A stretch of DNA of 61,500 nucleotides, filler included, from Sphacelaria rigidula (taxonomy: Eukaryota), in the NCBI GenBank assembly GCA_964200075.2. It is 8 parts of 8 records of this genome, joined end to end, with 100 filler letters (N's around TTAATTAATTAA, not from the genome) between each part and the next. Parts side by side here need not be neighbours in the genome. Positions count along the whole stretch, not along the records: positions 30,801 to 38,400 come from CAXNAA020014155.1; positions 38,501 to 46,100 come from CAXNAA020014156.1; positions 46,201 to 53,800 come from CAXNAA020014157.1; 5 more parts are not named here. The stretch is one strand, 5' to 3'. Below the pieces are notes generated by a model. It did no database searches. It had not been told where the DNA came from and was given only the letters and a program-made list of their open reading frames with translations. Below are positions 36,051 to 47,635 of this stretch, piece after piece; positions within the stretch are counted from its first letter, which is position 1, and each line of letters opens with the position of its first letter. A program made the position numbers and the translations under genes.

Positions 36051-36524
36051 CTACTGCCACAGCAAGGAGCGTGGAACGGCAATGGGCATATAACCGTAGA
36101 AGGGCCAACGGAACACGATGTGCGCAGCAGGTATGTTGGTGCATGTGGTGATACAGCGTAACATGGCTGCAGAGGCTGGGGTTGGTCGTGATGCAGCCAT
36201 TCGTGTGATACAGTTGTACACAGAATATATCACAGACATGATTTTGAAAGGACAGCTCTGGGACACGACATCTTGTTACAAGTTCGGTTCGGGCGATAGA
36301 CGGAAATAATAGACGGGAGGAGGGGACTTGCGTAAGTTCTCTCCGGCTAATATTCTTGAAACGTCGTACGCTGTGGGTTTGTGCCTCTAAATGTTACTAG
36401 TTTATTCCGAGCAATGTCTCTACTGGACCTGTATTTTCCGAAAGAAGGATCTCATAAACGAAAACTTCCAGAAGAACAATACCCGCTACTTTGCATTATA
36501 CGAAACGGAAGACACTTCTCTTAC

Positions 36525-37770
36525 TGCGCCATAAGACTCAGCATTGCCTAGGTGGACCGTGCAACGCGTGTCTCTAGCACAAGGTATCTCCTTCGCACAT
36601 CTAGCACAGCATTTTATATACGCTACCAAGCAACGACTATGATAGGCTGAAACGCCGTGACCCCGAACATAGTCAGCCGCCGTTGCATTGTAAGAATGGA
36701 TACTTCGACTGCGCAACAGAAAACACCCACATCCTGGCTCGGTAACGACGAGAATTATTAAGTACAACCAGCCTTCCATCGCCAGCAGTGTTTCATCATT
36801 GTCCCGTATTTCATGCCGCAGCGTTACCGTACGCCTGCCGGTAAGTGCCGTCGACATCCCATCCACGGTAGAATGAAATTAGAGCAGCCCGAATAACGTC
36901 GAATCACAGTGAACGTGGGTGTAGTGGGCGATGTCGCGGTTATAATCTCGATCGTAGGCTACTAGCGAGATATATATGCAGAAAAGTACATGCAACGACT
37001 ATATGAAAACCTCAGCATTCACGACGAACTTGCAGAAGAGCATATATAGCACAGCGCTGTTCGGTGAACTCACGGGTTGCTCATCCTCGTCTATAGCGAT
37101 CTTCTGCGCCCCGCGTTTGCTTTTCCAGCGCATGGGGGAAAACCTGCAGCGAGAAGCAAGCGCTTAAACGGAAGATGATGAAAATGCGCTGATCCCTGGC
37201 AATCGTGAAATCGCTCACAACTAGCATACAAGTTCGACCACGCCGAGCGTAGGATCAAAATCAGGGTGAGGAGTAACACAGGTGACTATTACACCCCCTT
37301 TGTCCAATCCCACCGCAATATGGCTTGTATAGCCAAGCGGCCTGTTCGAACTGTCACAACCCGAACAGACCGTCGCTCCTGAAAGAACGGCCTCCACCAC
37401 GGTGGTTGTTGCACCATTTTCCCAACGATCGCGAATCGAAGCATACTCACGTGTTGATTTGCAACACAATTAGGAGGGCGCCCAGCAGGAGTTGGATGGA
37501 AGTGTTGACTCGCAGTCCACCGAACTTGCGCCAGCCATAGAAGAAGACTACCCCAAGATCAGGAGGTGGACAAATGTTCGTGGAGAGAGCAAGCAGACAT
37601 TGTGTGCGAAGAAGGTCGAGCAACGTATTGTAGGTCGTTTGTTCGTTACGATATCACACGTACCAAAGAACAACCAGCCAGCTCACATTTGACGAGGGCC
37701 CAGCTACGGCTGAGCCTCGGGTTGGAGCATGATACCGCGAACCGTAGCCGTATTGTTTTTTTACGACTGC
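36525..37770 (-). other. Candidate upstream (partly hydrophobic) exons of the RGS gene, structure unresolved
   Basis: Phase-compatible GT-AG segments give ..RLRFAVSCSNPRLSRSWALVK/FFFYGWRKFGGLRVNTSIQLLLGALLIVLQINT. 36708-36525 is open and ends in phase with the RGS exon. Intervening candidates contain stops. Confidence 0.4.
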
Positions 37771-39185
37771 GGCTGTTTACTTGCCATCATTCACAGCCAC
37801 CCTTATCTACTGTTGACCTTCGACACACGCTTGTGTATAACTCCAAATAAACATGTCGTTTTGTCCACCAAGAGCAATCTAAATGGCATACACATATGAG
37901 CAAACGAGACCTACACACGTAGTTGGCACACGTCAATTTGTTCATGCCACTCTCAAAGGCATACTTGGTTTTCAGTCGTTGTGGCGTGGCCTCCAATCTC
38001 CGTCGTGAATTCTATACGAGAACAGGAAAAAAGGGAGCCTTTGATGAAGCTTAGTGGCATTACAAGATATCATGATGTGCGGGTCTGTTCGTAGACCCTG
38101 GGTTCCGTAACTCGTTGTTACCGCGTTTGTTATTGTCATTACTTAGGACTGTTTCGTCGTCGCCACATGCCCCCGACCCACCCTCGACCAGTTACTGGCC
38201 TTGCCTTGGTTGCTGATCTAGCTCTGCTACTCGGGGCCATCACTACGCTCTTCTCCAATGGCTGCGCCGCGGCTGCACTGAGTAAGAGAGCTTCTTGTAG
38301 ATATAACATGATGCTCTATAAAACACGCGAGTTCCGTATCAAACAGCCGATCATCTATGTTGAGGATGGTGCTTTTCATTGAGGATGAGAACCCGGAGGA
38401 NNNNNNNNNNNNNNNNNNNNNNNNNNNNNNNNNNNNNNNNNNNNTTAATTAATTAANNNNNNNNNNNNNNNNNNNNNNNNNNNNNNNNNNNNNNNNNNNN
38501 CGTTGATGGCATGTCTGTTATCCTCGTACCTGTTGCGTCTTGTGTGGTTGATTGCGGGATTTTTGATGGCATACCTCAAGCGTTCCCATTGGTTTCTCCG
38601 CAAGCGTTCTGCTCCCGAAGCGTGTTGGTGTTCGCCGGAATCGCTCATAGTAGTGCTGACGAGTTACGCGGTACCGTCTCTCGTGAAGGGTGTCTGTGTG
38701 TCAAAGGTGCTGTATGTAACCGAGGTTGCACACCTGTGGTTGTGGCCCGCGGGTGGCCCGCCTTTTTTTGTGGTCCGAAAGAGATTTGTTTTGGTTCAGA
38801 AGATGACGAGAAATTTCCTGCGCAAACGCCCCGCGGAGGCTGTGGTGGCCGACATGCGAGGTTTGTACGCTGTCAAAATGCGTTTGACCATGAGGTTATA
38901 AACAGATGTCGAAGTGGGGTAGTGTGGAGGGGTTATAGGGCGTTGTGCATAGTGTAATCTTCGCACGATCTGTACTCATGACCCGGGCGAACTGTTACCT
39001 CCGAATAGGCTTGGACAATATTCGCAGCCGCCTCTCACTCGTACGCACCTTGCGCACAGCAGACAAAGACGTGAAACAAACAAAGCCGCCGAAGATTCAA
39101 CCTACGGAACTGCGGATCCACAGAACGCAGTACGTCCTACCACAACCTACCGCTGTAGCCTCGTAGTAGAGAAGGTTAGGGTCTG

Positions 39186-42100
39186 TGGTGGCGAGTACAG
39201 GGTTGGGACGCTGTTTGCATCGGAGGAAGGTGTGTTTCACTTCAGACTCGGTGTTGTGGAATACAGCGGCGACGGCCTCGACGAAAGCAGTCCACTCATT
39301 TGTCAGTCATTTTTCAAGTTAACGACAGACGACGACCATTCCTGTCTGTAATATATTCACGAAACAGTCCCCTCATTTTTGAGTCATTTTTCAGGTTGAC
39401 GACAGACGACGACCATTCCTGTCTGTATTATATTAACATGATTCACGTCTTCATTTATTTTGAGGTTTCGGAATTTTTCATGTGCTTGATTTGTTTCACC
39501 TATATATTTTATTTTATTTTATTTTTATTTTTTCGATTATATTTTGTCTACTATTTACGTCTTTATTTGTTTTAAGGTATCGGAATTTTTCATGTGTTTG
39601 ATTTGTTTTTCTCAACAAGTCGTATTCAACTATCTGTTGAGATATTCGATTTTTCACGCCATGTCATGTTTTCCCGGGGTTTTTTCGCTCCCCCATACAA
39701 ACATCAGACGAGCCCACACTGATACTGAGCCCCCCGCCCGCCCCTGCCGCTTTTGCTGTTCAACTTTGCTCGCCCCGAACGCACCTGCGCAATGCCGCGA
39801 CTCATATCATGATCGTTGGTATCGCATCATACCATGTCGATGATCGGGGACGTCCTCCCTCATCGCCATTTCGCATGTGCAGACACCCACGGGTATGCCT
39901 TATTATCATTATTATTATATATATTTTCTTCACTACCTATGCATCTTTACTGCCTCCGCACGTTATCACATGCCGTCCTTCGACGATTGCTAGAGATGTC
40001 TGCTTTCAACAATCACTACGATAACCGCGGTACCAGTACCAATGCCGCTTCTGCAAATAATCTACAGGGTAGCGACACCTGCCGCCCATCCGCGGGACGA
40101 GCAGGTGACCCAGGAGCTGCTGCGCCACATCACCCCTACGACCTACGCAGCGGCATGCCCCCGACAACCCGGGGAGCGGCAGTGGAGGTGGCGCTGCCGA
40201 GGACACCGACCCCCGGACGCCCCCCCCCCAGCACCGTGCACCACAGAAGCCACGAGGATCTCGACCCTCGCTCCCCGTCGACGCAACATAGGCAGGACAA
40301 CCGGGACACCAGGCCCTCGACTTCCCGCTCTCGGAGCCGTCACCGCTCTCGTTCCTGGTCACTGGCAGAGCGCCGCTTCCACCCTCGCCCCCGCCGCCAC
40401 CGCTGCCGCTCCCGCTCCCGCCACCGCTACCGTCGAAACTCTCGCTCGCCCTCCCGCGGTAGGCGTCATCACTACGTCATTAGGCAGGGATCCCGGGACC
40501 GTCGCCACCACCGGAAAGCGCACAGGCCGTACCAGCAGCAAGCGGATGCCGGGTAGTCGAGGCGCTGGGATTGTGAGGCACCAGGAGCAGCAGCTGAAGC
40601 TACGGTACAAGGTCTAGAATCTAATCAGCTGGCAAAGATGAGCGAACGGGTACGCAAGCGGATTACGTGCGGTCGACCATGCCTAGTGTACAAAGGACCA
40701 AGCGCGGGGGAAGTATCGGTTGCCAACGGCGCTGTCGTGCTGCAATACCGGATATGGTCGACGCTGCGTGCAATGGACCAGGGAGTCTTGAAAATGCCGG
40801 AGGATGAATACGTCAACGGTAAGCGGGTGAAACAGACAGATAAGTACTCCGCCCGCCGTCGCGAGCTCCTGATTGAGCTGCTGACATGAACTAGTGGTAC
40901 GTTCATATCTCTAACCTCAGTGGATCGAGTAGACGTTCATCGCATCACGGGCGAAACCGATACTGTCCCACACAAATCCGTCACTGTCACCGACTGGCTA
41001 CGGATTCTCGTCCGTGAGGAAGTGATGACGAACGATGCCACCAAGTTCACACGTGCTGCTCTCGACTCCATCACCTTAGTACCCAACGAGTCGTGGAGTG
41101 CGGGAGCGGAACGAGTGTTGCTGGCACTAGCATTTCGCGCAAGTTTAGCAAACCCGGACCGGCCATACAGTTCCGAAGCTACGTATTTCTGGCGATTCAT
41201 CTCCGCCCTGCAGCTAAGCGAGCTCGACGATCGTACTATCCGAGTTCTTCTACCCAACGCGGTTGGTAGGCTAGGTCTAATGTCAATCTTGCATGAAAAG
41301 ACACACGCAATCTGGGCGAGGCTGCAGCCCCTGAGAAGCGAGTGGCACAATCCAATGGGGTTACTGATGCAAAGGAGGGGAGAAGTAGCCAAGAGTCTGT
41401 ACCAGGACTTCATACGCATCGTGTGCGCCCGCAACGTGGCACACAGCGACCACAGCCACGCACGCCCCCAAACGCGTACCATCAACCGTCGCGCGGGACC
41501 TGACAGATTAATTTGAGTTGAGGAAGTGAGAAACTTGCTACAGTCGCCCTCGAAGGTTGCCGCAATGCTCCAGTAAGCTAACCCGGGTTCACCCCATTCC
41601 CCCGAAGTGTCACCCGCCCTATCAGCCCCTACTGTGCCCGCTAGACCCCAGGCGTTAGCCGGTCGCCACTCGGCAGCACCTTCCGCCGCGGTGTTCAACA
41701 ACCACCTGGCGGCCTCACCGGGCTCACACGGCGTGCCCTTCATGCAGCAATATTCGACGCCCATAAACCCCGGTCCTCGCGACGCGACTCCATGTCATGC
41801 CGCCGCACCCCGCGCGGTAGACTTACAGCACAAACACCCAGCACCGCCGTATGGGAGCGCTTCGCCGTCACGGACACCCGCCGCATCCGCCCAGCTAGTT
41901 GGACCGGCCTCGACTCCCGAGCCATCCATACCCCCGGTTGCGGCGTAACGCGACGCAATGGTCACCTTCTTGCGTGATCGGAAAATCTGCTTCGGTTACG
42001 CGTTCACCGGCTCGTACCGTCACCGGGGCAACCCCCCTTGTCTGTGAGCGCACGGCATCATCCCGGACGCACACTGCAGCAGCTTACCGGCCCGCCGCAA

Positions 42101-42608
42101 GACGACCATTTCCCGACGCCGGCTAGCCGCGGTCACGGAGGCACAATACGTGGCAGCAATCGACCTGGGTCTCATCGGCGAAGACCACGACGACGACGTC
42201 GAGGATATGCTGAGCGTATCCGCGAGCGAGGCCGCCGCTGGCGATGCTCGAGCCGACGCGTGAAGACGCGCTCCAGGTGCAATCGACTTGGGGAACCTAC
42301 GCCGACCCAGCGCCACCAAGACATCCCAGCGTCGCGGAAGCCAACTTTGGGTGACGGGCGAGACCTGGCACCGACGGCGTCTCCGTCGGCCGTGGCCGAC
42401 AGAAGTCTTGTTGGACGCGGGAGCGGGACGTGGCAACTATATGTCGGGAGCGTTGTGGCGCAGCTTGCGCAAGGCCAACATCTTGGACGATACGCTGAAC
42501 CCTGAGGCGGCAGGGGTTTTCTGTGCAGCTAATCCACCCCAAAGTAAGGTCCCTCCAATGTGCATAAACGGTTCCCTTACTTTTAACCTCCGACTCACGG
42601 GTCCGTAA
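39186..42608 (+). mobile_element. Decayed Gypsy-like element: PBS, 5' UTR repeats, fragmented gag, aspartic protease
   Basis: PBS-like TGGTGGCGAGTACAGGGTT (39186-39204), a ~78-bp tandem duplication at 39281-39437, gag-like ORF pieces 39816-41948 and protease motif EVLLDAGAGRGNYMS (~42401). Confidence 0.7.
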
Positions 42609-42893
42609 AATAACCGTACCAGTAGTGGAGGGCCTGCCGTACGGCTCCTTTGGTGCAGATTATTTCCGGTCCACTGATACTTTCCCCCTGAATATCAGGC
42701 TCTGCCCATTTTTTTGTTTCATGACGGGTTTTTTCGGCGGTCATCTCTAGTCCCGAAATTCCGCGGTTTTCTCGTCGTTGACGTGATATAAGGCTGATGG
42801 CATGTATCTATGAGTGGATTTTTCCTGATATGAAATAAGCCGTGACACTCCCTACTTTGCATTGAGCAGCGTGCGCACAGCAAGGGAGGGGGG

Positions 42894-43839
42894 TGTTACG
42901 GCGGATATCAGTCGCATATATAGAAGGCGTTCTCGATGTGCTTGATACGTGCGATAGGTCGTATTCCATCTGTGCGTTATTCGTGTTATATCCCAGTCGG
43001 GTTTTGCAGTACAGTAGTACCGCCCTGCCTCCCAGTCGTTGAGCTACCTAGCAGTGCCTAATAACAAAAGGTATCACCCATCACTTGGAGACATTTCGCT
43101 TCCAAGCAAATCAAGAGCACTTCCCTGCACGTGAAAGTGAGTCTATGCTTTGCCCTATGATGCAGTGCTGGTTCGGACGCAATGGTCTAGAAGCCGCGAG
43201 TTGGAATATTTCTTCTTTCTACTGCAACCGTCCTCTGAGTCGGCCGATTGCACATTGCAACCCCCGACTATACTTGTTCTTCGAGAGTGATGCCCGTCTC
43301 AACTCGTGGCCAGACCACGACACACGCGAAGACTCTACAGTAGTAACGGGACCAATCTCACTCGTGGAGCAACGCGACTCTACAGGATCAATCTCACTCT
43401 TGGGGCAACGCCAACGCGACTCTACAGTACTACGTGCATCTGACCGTTGTCATGAAGACGGATATTAGTCTGTTGATGCCGCTTCAGACCCGTTGTCGAT
43501 TCTAGCCATGGCGTGCTTTTGTTCCGGAGACTACAGGTCTGTTCAGAGTTGGTCGAATACGAATGTGAACCTGTATAATCACAGGAATGATACGGACTTT
43601 GTTCGCTGTAGCCACGAACAAACCCCCCTGATGAGCAATACCAACTGCTCCCATCTGCTAGCCAGCAAAAGGAAGTCTAACCATCGGTTAGAGATATTGG
43701 CTGGTCTGGGTCGGATTGATTGAGTGGTATCGGAGTTAGAATCACGATAATTAAGAGAGAAGTCCAAGAACCTATTTGCGTGAACCTCGGCTAACATCTG
43801 GATATTGAGCGGGTTATACAGCTTCTGCACGTTGTAACA
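42894..43839 (+). mobile_element. LTR preceded by polypurine tract
   Basis: AAGGGAGGGGGG then TGTTAC...GTAACA inverted termini. Shares CAGACCCGTTG, CAGGTCTGTTCAGAGTTGGTC and ATTGATTGAGTGG with the 33528-33985 LTR. Confidence 0.8.
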
Positions 43840-44133
43840 GTCTGACGATTGTACACTTGCCTGCCAAGCTTGTGCCTTGGGTTGCAAGCTGTGTCCTTGC
43901 ATTATACAGCCGCTTGCTCTTTATTACACCGTACACTGGATGGCGAAACTGTAGTGGATGTATTTGACCTTACACTGGAGGTTGAAACTACAGAGTTGAG
44001 GCGGTCGAAACTACAGTAGTTGAGGAATGAGACTCTATGTTGCGAGGGGGAAGACGCGTCGCTAACTGTGATGAAAATCGCGATGTGCGGTCAAAATTTA
44101 ATCTGCCATTGAATAAGTGTACCCCAGTCGAAT

Positions 44134-46055
44134 TCAAAACGATATCATGTCGCTTCTGCATGTGATGAAGGGAGAAAATATCGAACTTGATGCTTGTACG
44201 ACGTAGACATCGGTCAATGGTACAGGGAGGTCTGTCGATGGGATTGAAACATTCAAATATCCCATATGGAATCTCAAATTTAAACCACCTACTGCCTCGA
44301 CTGGGAGTCTGGTTCCGTCACCCATCGTGACCCTGAGGAGGGGGTCGTAAATCAAAAACGTCATCTACATTGCCTGTGACATGGTATGTAGTGCCGGTAT
44401 CTGCAATCCATTCCTCTGCATTATCACTTTTATTGGATGCAGTCCCACTACGTAGCACATCATCCCTACGTGAATCACAATTACCAAGCCGAAAACGAGA
44501 CTCGCTTTCGGGCATGGAACGCGCCATAAATAGTCGTGGATGCTCCGAGGTGGATGTATCGGCAGGCGGAGAGGACGTAGCAGGGGGGGCTGCCTGCTGC
44601 TGATGCTGCTGATATGGGTCGTGAGGTGGAGCTGCAGATTGGTACTGTTGGTGATGACGGCTGTATTGCGGAGTAGGATAGTAAGACTGTTGCTGTTGCT
44701 GTTGTTGTTGTTGTTGATGGTATTGCAACTGGGGTTGCGGTTGCTGATAGAAGCAATGGTACTGAGGTGGTGGCTGCTCGGGATAGAGGTGGTGTGAAGG
44801 TGGGAGCTGTGGTTGTTGCTCGGCATAATATGGAGGCGGGAGCTGTAGGGAATCGGCGAATGCTGCGTTATGAAATGTATTTCCGTCTCGTGAGATGAAG
44901 TTGTCATCAGTGACAGAATCCTCGGATCGCTGTACAAAATTCGCATGACTGTGGGAGCTGCTGGAGGAGTAATAACGAGGGGGTGGTTTCTCCCGTGATG
45001 TGTGAAACGATGTTCTGGGCTGAGATCTTGATAGCCATGCCGGCGGTGGACATTGCTCCGCCCATTATATTGTGTACGGGAATCCATACCTCGATCATAG
45101 CATATATTGCAGTTGCGAGCATTGCATGATGAGGATTGGGGGTTTGGAGTTGGGTTGTTACTGTGGGATTGGCGTGGAGATCAGGAATGTGGACGGGAGT
45201 TATGTCTCGGTGATTGTTCATGGTCAGGCGAATGGTTATTGCGTTGTGAAGAATGATGCCCATTGCGGTCTGAACTGCACTCCCGGCAGCGGCTGTTTCT
45301 CCTGCCCCCCCGACTCCCGCGTCGCCTAGCCGATACGTCGCTGTCAGAGGCATCATGAACTTTGGCAGAGAGAGCATGGTCGCTTGGTGAATCTACCCTA
45401 CTGCTGCTAGATAGTTCCAACTCCGCGTGAGCAGTTTTCACCGTGCGGTGCAGGGTCTCCGTGTCTATCTCCGGCATGACAAGCAGTATACCACGCTGTA
45501 TTTCATATTCTTGAGCAGCCTACGTGCATAGTGTCTGTTTGTGTCAAACTCCGACATTACGGTACCGTAATGATGTCTTTTGTGACGAATTAGGTTCGCC
45601 CTGCTCAGAAAAACCAAAGAACCCTCGCCCGGTGACATTTGTAGCCTTGTCCGCTATTGTTCGAGGTGAGCTTTCTCTTCAGTCGGGGAAAAGGTGTAGT
45701 ACTGAACAAAATGTTTCCACGATTCGCTAGGCGAACCAAGTATGGCAACATTTTCGACCATGCTAGGGGCGATGGTTTTTTCGAGAAGAATGTCGTGAGC
45801 TCGTTGTGCTTTTCCTACGGCCTCATACCCGTGCTGCCTTACCAACTCCTCTTCCGTCTCATGAAATACACGGATAGGATCCTGCACAAAAAGAACATTA
45901 TAGCTTTTCTCGGCAGGAAAATATCCGATCATCTGCACATGAAAAACACGAAAGTTTGACTCAATGCTCTCCCCTGCTTTCACAGAAGAGTCCCACGGGT
46001 GGATACTTGTATTTTTACGCACTCTTACCACACTTTCTACGATAGCCTCACCCAA
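44134..46055 (-). pseudogene. Copia-like retrotransposon gag-protease remnant with Gln/His-rich linker
   Basis: EWIADTGTTYHVTG (Copia protease), VTMGDGTRLPVEAVGGL..LTDVYVV and gag-like ORF pieces, with multiple frameshifts. Confidence 0.85.
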
Positions 46056-47635
46056 AGAAGTGCATGATTTTGGGAGGCAAAATCTTCACGTAAATCGAAA
46101 NNNNNNNNNNNNNNNNNNNNNNNNNNNNNNNNNNNNNNNNNNNNTTAATTAATTAANNNNNNNNNNNNNNNNNNNNNNNNNNNNNNNNNNNNNNNNNNNN
46201 CCTGGGAAGGGTTATCTGGGCCAGGGATAGGGCCCCACACGATATTTGCAGTGGCATCGCATCCGACAACAATTCCCGCGCTGGTCGTTCGGGTCTGGTC
46301 AATGAATTTCGCCTCCCTGTGATTGGGTAGGTCGCTCGAAGACTTATTTTTTATTATTCCACTAACACAGGGTCAACCCTGTGTTAGTGGGGGTCCGGTC
46401 CCAAAAGAGTTAAAATAGCGTGGAACTGCCCTTTACTAAAATTGGAATAAAATGTAGCCGGTTACCGCGAAGGTCAAAGTCACCACTTCCAGTTTGAACT
46501 GCAATCTTGACTGATCCACTTCACTCTTCATGCTCTTGGAAGCATGGGGAGGCGCGCGTGTGGGGAGGGGGAGGGGGGGGGGGGGGGGGGGGGGGGGGCT
46601 TGTTGGGGGGGGGGGGGGGGGGGGGGGGTANNNNNNNTACGATTACTAGAGGGGGATGATGGATCTGTTGGGTTGTACTATGCGATTTTGGGGGAGGGTG
46701 GACGTACGAGGCGACGTATTGAAGCAGTACAACTCTCCTTAGGCCGTGCCTTGTTGAGACAACAACCAGCACGGAGAGGAACCGAGGAACCGAGGAACAA
46801 GAAGAACGTTCATTCGTCGGCTCGGCATCACCCCCCAAAAAACTAAATAAGCGGCGGCATTTTCTTCTGTGGCAGCGGGGCGTTATGAAACAATCATCTT
46901 AGAATTTTTCAGGCTATTCGTCAAGACTTTTTTGGGATGTTCGCCATTATGGGCGTAACATGAAGCAGCGGCGAAATGACCCTTGCTTTAGTACACGCCG
47001 TCACACAGCCCGGACCCAAGGCATGAGCTGCATAATTTTTTCATCTCACCGTCCCAGCATAGGAAATGAAAAGCTCGAGCCGTAGCTATTGGTTGACTGA
47101 GTACAGCGTTTTTAGTTCGGGATAAATCGGTCCAAAATTGGATGAGACACGATGATTTCTGTCACACAGGCGCCGTGCAACAAACCAACAAACGGTCAAC
47201 GACTCCATCTCGAGCACGTTTTGCTGCACAAACACCATTGACCGTCGTCCAACACCGAATGGATTGCCGTGAAAGAAAGAGCACTGTGCATAGATGAGCA
47301 AGAGCTAGCACCAGGAGCGCTGCGCTTGTGCCGTGGATGTCTGTGCTTGTTTGCTTAGGCTGTGCTGTGAAGGTGTAACGTGTTTCAGTCATGCTCGTTT
47401 AAATTTCCAGACCGTCTACGACTACTTCCAGTGCGGAAAGAATCACAGCTCGTCCCGGAACGCCAGATTCGTGATTTTTCGTGTTCTGTGTGCCGGCAAC
47501 TGCATGGCTTTGTTTCTCTTCGTGCTGGTGTTTCTTGTCTCGGTGAGACACGGCCTTCGTGAAGCTTGCGCCAAGAATAATGGCGAGCAGCATTTGAACA
47601 GGGTCCAACTCCCACTTATGCGTCAATTTCCGAAC

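Noticed and set aside
37340-37380. Selenocysteine TGA in an RGS-gene candidate exon
   Set aside because: The exon itself is uncertain, a second TGA follows, and there is no redox motif or recognisable SECIS.
39816-40556. SR-like (Arg/Ser-rich) protein gene
   Set aside because: It lies in the decayed gag region of an LTR element and is low-complexity GC-rich sequence with no RRM.
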